From: Patescibacteria group bacterium
Lineage (GTDB): Bacteria > Patescibacteriota > Minisyncoccia > Phycocordibacterales > UBA2163
Length of the DNA: 31,629 nt
Direction: 5' to 3'
NCBI GenBank assembly: GCA_038064155.1
Contig: JBBTTR010000024.1
Span: 1-31,629, forward strand
Positions within the stretch are counted from its first letter, which is position 1. Each line of letters opens with the position of its first letter. The position numbers were made by a program, and so were the translations under genes. Of this stretch, positions 23,967-31,628 are shown one piece after another. The notes beneath the pieces are model-generated. The model was not told the origin of the DNA. It did not search any database and saw only the letters and a list, made by a program, of their open reading frames with translations.

Positions 23967-25271
23967 ATGAAGAACATGACGGGTTTTCAAATTGCAATAA
24001 TAGGAATATTTATAGTGCTTGCTATTGCGGGTGTTCTTGTGTTTTCTGGCATTGGCGGTTTGGGGGACAATAATCAAAAAGTGGGTGATGTTGAAATATG
24101 GGGTACTATACCGTATGAAATATTTGACAAAATGATAAGCGGACTTAACTCTGGCAACGGACGTTTCGCTGGGGTGAAATACATAGAGAAAGATAAAGAA
24201 ACATATGAAGAGGAATTTGTGGAAGCGTTAGCCGCGGGCGTTGGACCGGATTTATTTTTATTGGCACAAGATGGGATAGTGCGAAATCAGGATAAAATAA
24301 TAGAAATACCCTACGATACTATTTCTGGGCGTGATTTTAAAAATACTTTTATTGAAGAGGGAGAAATGTACCTTACGGAAAATGGCGTGCTTGGATTGCC
24401 GTTCACTATTGACCCCATGGTGATGTATTGGAATAGAGATATATTTCAGAGTGTGGGTATAGCAAACCCGCCAGAGTTTTGGGACGAACTTTTTTTATTA
24501 AGCCCAAAGATTACACAACGTGATACCGCGTCAAATATCATAAGAAGTTTTACGGCGCTTGGAGAATTTAATAATATTGAAAATGCAAAAGAAATACTCT
24601 CTGCTTTTATAATACAATCTGGTAATAAAATTATTATTCCAATAGCAACTGGATTTGAATCAATAATAAATGAGAAGCTTGATTTTGTCATACCTCCCGC
24701 GGAAGCCGCCGTAAGGTTCTATACAGAATTTTCTAACCCAATAAAATCAGTATATTCATGGAATAAATCGCTTCCAAACTCAAAACAACTCTTTACAGCG
24801 GGGGACTTGGCAGTATATTTTGGGTTTGCAAGTGAATTATCGGAAATACTCCGTTCAAATCCTAATTTAAATTTTAATATAAGCCCGTTACCGCAGTTAA
24901 GAGATGCTAATGTAAAAATAACATATGGCAAAATGAGCGCTTTTGCAATACCAAAAAACTCAAAGAATCAAACTGGGGCTTTATCTGTGGGATTTGCTTT
25001 AACAAGCTTTGAAAACATAGCGCAATTTTCGGTAAATCTTGGACTACCTCCCGTCCGTCGCGATGTTTTGACAAACAAGCCAACAGACGCGATAGGTTCA
25101 GTTTTCTACGACTCTGCTTTGATGTCAAAATCATGGTTTGACCCTGATAGCGACGAAACTGATGATATCTTTAAGAATATGATTGAATCAGTAACATCGG
25201 GCAGAGCGCGCCTTGGTGAAGCAATAAATCTTGCAGACCAAGAACTTGGTTTACTTTTACGCAGTAGATAA
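23967..25271 (+). CDS. Membrane-anchored extracellular solute-binding protein (sugar-binding family 1-like)
   Basis: N-terminal TM helix without lipobox Cys; VEIWG, AAGVGPDLF, GLPFTIDPMVMYWNRDIF, F.AG.LAVYFG. Confidence 0.75.
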   Translation: MKNMTGFQIAIIGIFIVLAIAGVLVFSGIGGLGDNNQKVGDVEIWGTIPYEIFDKMISGLNSGNGRFAGVKYIEKDKETYEEEFVEALAAGVGPDLFLLAQDGIVRNQDKIIEIPYDTISGRDFKNTFIEEGEMYLTENGVLGLPFTIDPMVMYWNRDIFQSVGIANPPEFWDELFLLSPKITQRDTASNIIRSFTALGEFNNIENAKEILSAFIIQSGNKIIIPIATGFESIINEKLDFVIPPAEAAVRFYTEFSNPIKSVYSWNKSLPNSKQLFTAGDLAVYFGFASELSEILRSNPNLNFNISPLPQLRDANVKITYGKMSAFAIPKNSKNQTGALSVGFALTSFENIAQFSVNLGLPPVRRDVLTNKPTDAIGSVFYDSALMSKSWFDPDSDETDDIFKNMIESVTSGRARLGEAINLADQELGLLLRSR

Positions 25272-25308
25272 TGTTGATATAAATTAAATAATAAGAGATA
25301 ATTTTAAT

Positions 25309-25704
25309 ATGAAAAGTGTTAATAAAATTTATTTTGGTGTAATTGCAATAATTTTATTTTTACCGATAAATTTCATAGTAGCCGCTAATGTTTCTGGGAC
25401 ACTTCAAAATCCATTAAAAGATGGGTATGCTTCAATTCCAGATTTTTTGGGCGCGCTTCTTAAGGTTGTAATAACAATTGCAATACCTATTATTATATTT
25501 ATGATTATTTATTCAGGGTTCTTATTTGTAAAAGCGCAAGGGAAGCCAGAAGAACTTGTAACCGCGAGAAAATCACTCATATGGACATTTATTGGCGCCG
25601 CGGTCATACTTGGAGCGTCACTTCTTTCATACGCAATACAGGGGACGGTAGATGAAATAAGAAGAGATGTCGCGCAATCTGGTTACACAATAGAATTAAC
25701 ATAA
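25309..25704 (+). CDS. TrbC/VirB2-like (T4SS-type) pilin 1
   Basis: Signal peptide; LQNPL; two hydrophobic helices joined by AQGKPEELVTARKSLIW. Confidence 0.75.
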   Translation: MKSVNKIYFGVIAIILFLPINFIVAANVSGTLQNPLKDGYASIPDFLGALLKVVITIAIPIIIFMIIYSGFLFVKAQGKPEELVTARKSLIWTFIGAAVILGASLLSYAIQGTVDEIRRDVAQSGYTIELT

Positions 25705-25711
25705 TATTTGT

Positions 25712-26137
25712 ATGAAAAACTACATTAAAAAAATTAAATTATTTTTATTTAGTATAATGATATTTTTTGTTCCACTTGTGTCGTTCGCGCAAAATATATT
25801 TGGATCAAGTCGTAATCCCAGTTATAAAAATTATGGTTCAAGTTATGGATTTGGAACTAAATCCGGCAGTTTCAGTTTAAATTATGTATATGGCACTGGC
25901 TCAACAATTACAGACATAATATTTTTTATGATTAATATTATAAATCAAGCCGTTGTGCTTGTTATGGCTCTCGCGCTCCTGTTCTTTTTCTGGGGCGTTG
26001 CTATGTTTATTTATAACGCAGACAATGAAGATAAGAAAACAGAAGGAAAGAAAGTAATGATGTGGGGTATTATTGCGCTATTCGTAATGCTTTTTGTGTG
26101 GCAAATAATCAACATACTGGCAAATACGTTTTTTTAA
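25712..26137 (+). CDS. VirB2-like pilin 2
   Basis: Signal peptide ending VSFA; FFWGVAMFIYNADNEDKKTEGKKVMMWGIIALFVM. Confidence 0.75.
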   Translation: MKNYIKKIKLFLFSIMIFFVPLVSFAQNIFGSSRNPSYKNYGSSYGFGTKSGSFSLNYVYGTGSTITDIIFFMINIINQAVVLVMALALLFFFWGVAMFIYNADNEDKKTEGKKVMMWGIIALFVMLFVWQIINILANTFF

Positions 26138-26252
26138 AAAATATCCACATTACCGGTATTTACAAGGTTATAAGTAACATATTATACTATTTATATAAAT
26201 TAAAATTTATTGGTCGTCTATTAATCATTAATCATTTATTATTTATATAAAA

Positions 26253-26594
26253 ATGAAAAGAATCACCTTTTTAGGTTTAAGTATAGTTGTTTTAACTCCT
26301 GCGATGGCATTAGCCGCTGATTTGGATTCCGTATTAGACAAAATAGGAGACCTTATAGGAACAGCTACTCCGATAATTGTCGCTCTAGCGCTTATATTCT
26401 TTTTCTATGGTCTTGCGAAGTATATCTTAAACTCGGGAGATGAAGAAAAGAGGACCGAAGGCAAGGGTATAATGATATGGGGCATTATCGCATTGTTTGT
26501 TATGGTATCTGTATGGGGACTGGTAAACCTTCTTGCCAATACATTTGAAGTAAATGACGGTTCAACAATAAATATACCGTCTGTTACACTCTAA
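26253..26594 (+). CDS. VirB2-like pilin 3
   Basis: Signal peptide ending ALA; FFYGLAKYILNSGDEEKRTEGKGIMIWGIIALFVM. Confidence 0.75.
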   Translation: MKRITFLGLSIVVLTPAMALAADLDSVLDKIGDLIGTATPIIVALALIFFFYGLAKYILNSGDEEKRTEGKGIMIWGIIALFVMVSVWGLVNLLANTFEVNDGSTINIPSVTL

Positions 26595-26600
26595 AATATT

Positions 26601-26849
26601 ATGTCCTCGGTTTATAAATTAATAGATAGTATTCAGTTTTTGATTATAAATCCGCTCATAGGACTTTTGTTTGCGTTAGCGTTCCTAATGTTTTTATGGG
26701 GTTTAGCTCAGTTTATTATCAATTCTGATAATGAAGAGGGTAGAACTACCGGGAAAACACATATGATATGGGGTATTGTCGGGATGTTTATAATGGTTGG
26801 CGCTTATGCCATTATAAATATTTTGAGTAACACGCTTAATACAATTTAA
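26601..26849 (+). CDS. VirB2-like pilin 4 (no obvious signal peptide)
   Basis: FLWGLAQFIINSDNEEGRTTGKTHMIWGIVGMFIM. Confidence 0.7.
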   Translation: MSSVYKLIDSIQFLIINPLIGLLFALAFLMFLWGLAQFIINSDNEEGRTTGKTHMIWGIVGMFIMVGAYAIINILSNTLNTI

Positions 26850-26865
26850 TCTCGGACCAATTGTG

Positions 26866-26907
26866 AAAAAAAACCTCCACGACGACATCGTCGTGGAGGT
26901 TTTTTTT
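26866..26907. terminator. Bidirectional intrinsic terminator
   Basis: A8-CCTCCACGACGA-CA-TCGTCGTGGAGG-T8 between convergent genes. Confidence 0.85.
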
Positions 26908-26946
26908 GCTGAAATATGTTTATAAATTTGTATACCGTACTAATTC

Positions 26947-27429
26947 TTACCCAGTCTTAATCTTAAGCTTAGTCTGCTTCTCTTTATTTATTTTAGGCAT
27001 TACGATTGTTAGAAGACCATGCTTTTCGCTGGCTGTTGATTCATCCACTTCAATTTCCTGTGGCAAAAGAATAGTTCTAGAAAATGAACCCCAGTAAAGT
27101 TCTTTATAGAAATAATTATCTTCTGTAACTTGTTTTACTTCCTCACGCTTTCCTTTTATAGTCACCATATCACGTGTTATGGACACGTCTAAATTTTCTG
27201 GTCGTACTCCCGCGACAAGAGCTTTTATAATAATTTCATTCGGGTTCTGATATACATCTACTGTAAGCTGTCCTTCATTATTGTCTTCTTCCATCCAATC
27301 ATTTTCAATACTGGAATCAGACATGGAATTATCCGGAACAGTATCTATTTTCACAGATTCTTCCGCGCCGTAATCGTCTATGTTGACTGTTCCAGTAAGT
27401 CTTTCAAAAAATGAGGGTCTTTTTGCCAT
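26947..27429 (-). CDS. Small heat-shock protein (Hsp20/alpha-crystallin)
   Basis: VDVYQ..EIIIKALVAGV.PENLDVSIT..MVTIKGKR, ELYWGSFSRTILLP, GLLTIVMPK. Confidence 0.9.
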   Translation of the reverse strand: MAKRPSFFERLTGTVNIDDYGAEESVKIDTVPDNSMSDSSIENDWMEEDNNEGQLTVDVYQNPNEIIIKALVAGVRPENLDVSITRDMVTIKGKREEVKQVTEDNYFYKELYWGSFSRTILLPQEIEVDESTASEKHGLLTIVMPKINKEKQTKLKIKTG

Positions 27430-27433
27430 AATT

Positions 27434-28126
27434 TTATTTTATTAATTTATTTTTAATTTTCTTAACTTTTTCAAAAAGAAGTATAAGAATAATTATTCCA
27501 ATCCACACGAAGATAAATATAGTCAATATTTTATTTCCACTTCCTTTTATTATAAAAAAGTTAAATAGACTATGCAATAGGATTGCGAGAATAAGTCCGT
27601 ATAACGCGTATGTTTTCTTAAATATTTTCTTTTTGTAAAAAGAGAGAGCTATCATCACGCCGACTATCGCAGATGAAAGCGTATGAAGGAGTGTTGCGCC
27701 TAAAAATCTCAAATTACCATTTATGACGGTATTCATAAAGTTGCCGTCCATTATTGGATTTATTAGAAATAGCGTGTTTTCAAGCGCTGCAAATCCAAGA
27801 GCAACTGTAATCATATAAATCACGACATCAATAGGCTCATCAACCGCTTTTCTTTTTAATATTATAAAATAGGCTAAAATATATTTGAATATTTCCTCAA
27901 GCACAGACCACAGCACTATCACCACCGTGCCAGAAAAGTATGTATCAGCTAACTTTTCAAAAGGTAGTACTATTGGCGCTGCTATCATTCCGATTATAAA
28001 AGCAAGCATTATCATACCTCTTGGTTCTGGACGTTTCTTATCTTGTTTAAGCCAAAACCAAAGCCATAAAAGAGATGGGAAGACTCCTCCTAATAGCGCG
28101 AATGATAATGTTTGAAATGAGAACAT
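27434..28126 (-). CDS. prsW: PrsW-family intramembrane metalloprotease
   Basis: DKKRPEP, EEIFK, DEPID....ITVALGFAALEN, LHTLSS, LHSLFN; start set at MFSFQ because the upstream Mets lie in a hairpin. Confidence 0.85.
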   Translation of the reverse strand: MFSFQTLSFALLGGVFPSLLWLWFWLKQDKKRPEPRGMIMLAFIIGMIAAPIVLPFEKLADTYFSGTVVIVLWSVLEEIFKYILAYFIILKRKAVDEPIDVVIYMITVALGFAALENTLFLINPIMDGNFMNTVINGNLRFLGATLLHTLSSAIVGVMIALSFYKKKIFKKTYALYGLILAILLHSLFNFFIIKGSGNKILTIFIFVWIGIIILILLFEKVKKIKNKLIK

Positions 28127-28133
28127 ATGTTTA

Positions 28134-28171
28134 AGTATTGGCATTAGTATACTCATACTAATGCCAATACT
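28134..28171. repeat. Perfect 17-bp-arm hairpin between valS and prsW
   Basis: AGTATTGGCATTAGTAT-ACTC-ATACTAATGCCAATACT abutting the valS stop; no U-run. Confidence 0.85.
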
Positions 28172-30331
28172 CTATTGTGGCCAACTAGCGACGATAAGCG
28201 TTTCGCTATCTTTTTTCGGCAAACTCTGCCATATTTCTTCTGTAATAAACGGAGCAAACGGATGAAGCAGTTTCAGGCATGTTGTAAGTATAGTATATAG
28301 TGTCCATTTTGCCGATTTTTTGTCCACGTCACTGCCATTTTGAAGGACAAGTTTTACTTCTTCAATATATATGTCCGCGAAATTATGCCACACCCAATGA
28401 TATATTTCGTCTGCCGCGAAATCTGGTCTATATCCATCTATATTATCGGATACGGTTTTTGTTATATTATTCAAATTTTTTATCCATTCTTTATCCAAGG
28501 CGCTAAGTTTTGGTTTTTCTTTTATGTTTTTCTCATCAACATTTGAAAGCACGAAGCGTGCAATGTTCCAGATTTTGTTTGAAAAATTTTTGTATCCTCT
28601 TATTTTGTCTTCTGACAAACTTATATCATTACCCGGCGGCGCGCCTACAATAAGAGAAAGGCGCGCCGCGTCCGCTCCATATTTTTCTGTCATATCAAGT
28701 GGGTCAATTATATCCCCGCTACTTTTACTCATCTTCTTTCCTTTTGCGTTTAGCACCATCCCATGTAGATAGACTTTCTTAAACGGCACATCGCCAAGCA
28801 GATATCCTGACATCAAAATCATTCTTGCAACCCAAAAGAAAAGAATATCGTGACCTGTCTCCAACACACTTGTCGGATGAAAATTCTTCATATCATCAGT
28901 ATCCTCAGGCCAGCCGAGAGTGGAGAATGTCCACAGCCCAGAAGAGAACCATGTATCAAGCGTGTCGGGGTCTTGTGTCCACCCATCGTCTTCTGGTGCA
29001 TCCACACCTACATATACTTCCTTGTCTTTATTCCATACAGGTATTCTATGTCCATACCAAATCTGCCTACTTATGTTCCAGTCATTTAATTTATCTATCC
29101 AATGAAAATAAGTTTTATCAAAATGTTTTGGAATAATCTCAATTTGCCCACTCTCTACGGTCTTTCTCATTATTTCTTTGAGGCTCGTTTCGTCGCCATT
29201 TTTTATACCATTTATTTTTGAGTTCTTAAGTTTGAATTTTTTATTTACATCAACAAACCATTGCTCTTTTATCTGCGGTTCAATCACACCTCCACCACGA
29301 TAGTTTGTCGCAAGGTTGAGTGTATAGTTTTCATTTATTTTTGTAACTAATCCTTTTTCTTTTAACTTTTCAACTATCATAGACCGCGCTTTCTTAATAT
29401 GAATTCCCGCAAACTCTTTTGTTATTGGCAATAGTTTTCCATTGAAATCAATTATTTGTTCTGTGTCCAGATTGTGTCTTTTTGCAATTTCAAAGTCAGT
29501 CGCATCATGCCACGGAGTTATAGTCATCACACCTGTTCCAAACTTCATATCTACAGCTTCGTCTTTTATAACAGTTGCAGTGATTGGTCCGTTTATCCAT
29601 TCTAAATCAAGTTTCTGTCCGTGTTCATATTTTTTATATCTTTTATCATCTGGATGCATTACAACATATTTGTCTCCAAATTTTGTTTCAGGACGCGCAG
29701 TACCGATTTCAAAAGGTCCGTACTTAAGATAATAAAACGGTGATTTTTCCTCTTTGCGTTCTATCTCATCATCGGAAACGTTTGATTGCATTTTAGGGTC
29801 CCAGTTTACAATTCTGTTACCGCGATAAATAAGTCCGTTGTCGTACATTCGTTTGAATGCTGTTTTTACAGCTAAACTTCTTTTTTCATCAAGAGTATAA
29901 GTTTCTCTACTCCAGTCAATAGACGCACCCATTTTTTTAATCTGATTAACAATAGTATCGTGGCTTTCTTTCGCAAATTGTTCAACACGCTTTAGAAATT
30001 CTTCACGTCCCAAATCGTGTCGCGTTTTCTTTTCTTTTTTATACAATATTTCTTCAATTTTTGACTGTGTTGCGATTGCCGCATGGTCTGTTCCAGGTAG
30101 CCACAGCGTCTTCTTACCCTTCATCCTGTTATAGCGTACAAGAATATCCTCAATAGCGAGCATTGCCGCGTGTCCCATATGAAGCGTACCTGTCACATTT
30201 GGAGGGGGAAGTATTATAGAGAAAGCTTCTCCTGCGCCTTTAGGCTTGAAAAAACCACCCTCTTCCCAGAGTTTGTAGATTTTACTTTCAGTTTCCTGCG
30301 GATTATATGGTTTTAGGAATTTATCGTCCAT
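28172..30331 (-). CDS. valS: Valine--tRNA ligase lacking the C-terminal coiled-coil arm
   Basis: PPPNVTGTLHMGHA (HIGH), PGTDHAAIATQ, WNISRQIWYGHRIP, KMSKS; ends at SWPQ; start set at MDDKFLKPY because GTG 30385 lies in a palindrome. Confidence 0.95.
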   Translation of the reverse strand: MDDKFLKPYNPQETESKIYKLWEEGGFFKPKGAGEAFSIILPPPNVTGTLHMGHAAMLAIEDILVRYNRMKGKKTLWLPGTDHAAIATQSKIEEILYKKEKKTRHDLGREEFLKRVEQFAKESHDTIVNQIKKMGASIDWSRETYTLDEKRSLAVKTAFKRMYDNGLIYRGNRIVNWDPKMQSNVSDDEIERKEEKSPFYYLKYGPFEIGTARPETKFGDKYVVMHPDDKRYKKYEHGQKLDLEWINGPITATVIKDEAVDMKFGTGVMTITPWHDATDFEIAKRHNLDTEQIIDFNGKLLPITKEFAGIHIKKARSMIVEKLKEKGLVTKINENYTLNLATNYRGGGVIEPQIKEQWFVDVNKKFKLKNSKINGIKNGDETSLKEIMRKTVESGQIEIIPKHFDKTYFHWIDKLNDWNISRQIWYGHRIPVWNKDKEVYVGVDAPEDDGWTQDPDTLDTWFSSGLWTFSTLGWPEDTDDMKNFHPTSVLETGHDILFFWVARMILMSGYLLGDVPFKKVYLHGMVLNAKGKKMSKSSGDIIDPLDMTEKYGADAARLSLIVGAPPGNDISLSEDKIRGYKNFSNKIWNIARFVLSNVDEKNIKEKPKLSALDKEWIKNLNNITKTVSDNIDGYRPDFAADEIYHWVWHNFADIYIEEVKLVLQNGSDVDKKSAKWTLYTILTTCLKLLHPFAPFITEEIWQSLPKKDSETLIVASWPQ

Positions 30332-30378
30332 ATTTAAGATACTTCTTATAATACCAATAATACCAAAATATAATACAC

Positions 30379-30411
30379 AAGTCACTTGGAAACTTAGTTT
30401 CCAAGTGACTT
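30379..30411 (+). repeat. Family B palindrome, copy 3, upstream of RAYT-2 (15-bp arms)
   Basis: AAGTCACTTGGAAAC-TTA-GTTTCCAAGTGACTT. Confidence 0.95.
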
Positions 30412-30432
30412 ATAAAATGATAGAGTTTACTT

Positions 30433-31116
30433 ATGAGAAAAATAAAATTTGTAAAAAAAGAGTTTTATCATATTCTTAATAGAGGTGTAGACAAAAGAAT
30501 AATTTTCCCTGAACAAGATGATATAAACAGATTTTTTCAAAGCATGAAGGAATTTAATGTTATAGAACCAATAGGGAGTATTTATGAAAATTCATTTAAC
30601 AAGAATAAACTTGGAAACTTAGTTTCCAAGTTGGAGGGTGGTAATGATAAACAGGGAAAACTAGTTAACTTCATATGTTACTGTCTTAATCCAAATCATT
30701 ACCATTTTATTCTTGAGCAATTGGTTGAAGACGGTATAGCAAAATTAATGCATAAAATAGGGTTAGGTTATACAAAATATATAAATGAAAAATACAACCG
30801 TTCAGGTTCATTATTTCAAGGAACATTTAAAGCGGTACATATAAATACAAATGCACAGTTATTGCATACCAGTGCTTATGTCAATTTAAATGATGAAGTT
30901 CACCAACTTGGAAACTTAGTTTCCAAGTTGGGAAAATCAAGTTGGAAAGAATACATTAACGAAGATATTAAAGATCCATTTTGTAAGAAAGATATTATTT
31001 TAGGACAATTTAAAAATAAAGCGGATTATAAAAAGTTTGCAGAAGAATCATTAGAATATATTTTAGAAAAAAGATACATAGATGAAAAAGGTGAGAAAGA
31101 GCTATTTCTTGAGTAA
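30433..31116 (+). CDS. HUH/Y1 REP-associated tyrosine transposase-like protein (RAYT-2)
   Basis: YHILNRG, YCLNPNHYHFIL (H89/H91), YINEKY.RSGSLFQGTF, Y149 (YVNLN), SSWKEY; flanked by palindromes. Confidence 0.9.
   Translation: MRKIKFVKKEFYHILNRGVDKRIIFPEQDDINRFFQSMKEFNVIEPIGSIYENSFNKNKLGNLVSKLEGGNDKQGKLVNFICYCLNPNHYHFILEQLVEDGIAKLMHKIGLGYTKYINEKYNRSGSLFQGTFKAVHINTNAQLLHTSAYVNLNDEVHQLGNLVSKLGKSSWKEYINEDIKDPFCKKDIILGQFKNKADYKKFAEESLEYILEKRYIDEKGEKELFLE
30608..30632 (+). repeat. Family B palindrome inside RAYT-2 (codons 59-67)
   Basis: AACTTGGAAAC-TTA-GTTTCCAAGTT, encodes KLGNLVSKL. Confidence 0.97.
30903..30931 (+). repeat. Second family B palindrome inside RAYT-2 (codons 157-167)
   Basis: CCAACTTGGAAAC-TTA-GTTTCCAAGTTGG, encodes QLGNLVSKLG. 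Confidence 0.97.
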
Positions 31117-31138
31117 CTTGGAAACTTAGTTTCCAAGT
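31116..31138 (+). repeat. Family B palindrome overlapping the RAYT-2 stop codon
   Basis: ACTTGGAAAC-TTA-GTTTCCAAGT; first A is the last base of TAA. Confidence 0.97.
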
Positions 31139-31223
31139 GGATATAAATTTTTTGCATATTTTATCTTTTATGATATACTCATTTAAGATTAGTTTTTATA
31201 TTTTTTATGGAGAGGGGGATGTT

Positions 31224-31568
31224 ATGTTTTTGATTTATGAAAATAAAGAGGTAAGAGTATCAAGAGACATCGGCTGGTTTTTGAAGAATGAATATAAAAA
31301 TATTGTTAAGCCGAAAAATATTTGTATTTATTCTTCAAGTATAAGTAAAGCTGATACGGCTTGTATTATACGAAGTATTGTTAAAAACAGAGTCGTATTT
31401 TACCCAATGGGGTGTATCGTGAAAGAGTTTTTTGATTTTTATCTTAAAAAACAAAAAGGCGTTATATTTGTCGCTAACCAAAAACAAATAGAAAGAATAA
31501 TTCGTATGATAAATAGCGGTGATTATGAAATCATCGCTAAGAAAAAAATAGTCTCTATAAATTTATAA
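31224..31568 (+). CDS. Basic hypothetical protein (114 aa)
   Basis: ATG 31224 preceded by GGAGAGGGGG; the GTG at 31137 in the ORF track lies inside the palindrome; TTGCAT-16-TATACT promoter-like boxes at 31152-31179. Confidence 0.6.
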   Translation: MFLIYENKEVRVSRDIGWFLKNEYKNIVKPKNICIYSSSISKADTACIIRSIVKNRVVFYPMGCIVKEFFDFYLKKQKGVIFVANQKQIERIIRMINSGDYEIIAKKKIVSINL

Positions 31569-31596
31569 AAAAAATTTACAAAAAATATAAAAATAA

Positions 31597-31628
31597 AAAA
31601 AGGCGCTAGAAACATATAGCGCCTTTTT
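31597..31628. terminator. Bidirectional intrinsic terminator
   Basis: AAAAAGGCGCTA-GAAACATA-TAGCGCCTTTTT. Confidence 0.8.

Noticed and set aside
25309-26849. Pilin paralogues as a DGR or silent-cassette variation system
   Set aside because: The copies are diverged at most synonymous positions, there is no near-identical TR/VR pair differing at adenines, and no reverse transcriptase is present.
28635-28670. GGCGCGCC repeats in valS
   Set aside because: Short and accounted for by Ala/Arg/Gly/Pro codons in a conserved region.
339-29732. The many overlapping ORFs in the six-frame track (e.g. 7527-7967, 8680-9075, 9118-9495, 16176-16808, 17214-17678)
   Set aside because: Antisense or alternate-frame shadows of well-supported genes with no recognisable motifs.
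30654-30666. GGAAAACTAGTT as a third internal family B copy in RAYT-2
   Set aside because: Partial match only; it encodes GKLV at the conserved strand start (PLV in RAYT-1), so protein constraint is sufficient.
30379-31138. Family B copies as a mini-CRISPR
   Set aside because: Spacing is irregular (about 200-300 bp) and the intervening DNA is an intact coding sequence.
28127-31223. ORF-track starts for valS (30385), the last ORF (31137) and prsW (28156)
   Set aside because: These start codons fall inside palindromes and add non-homologous N-terminal residues; downstream ATGs fit better.
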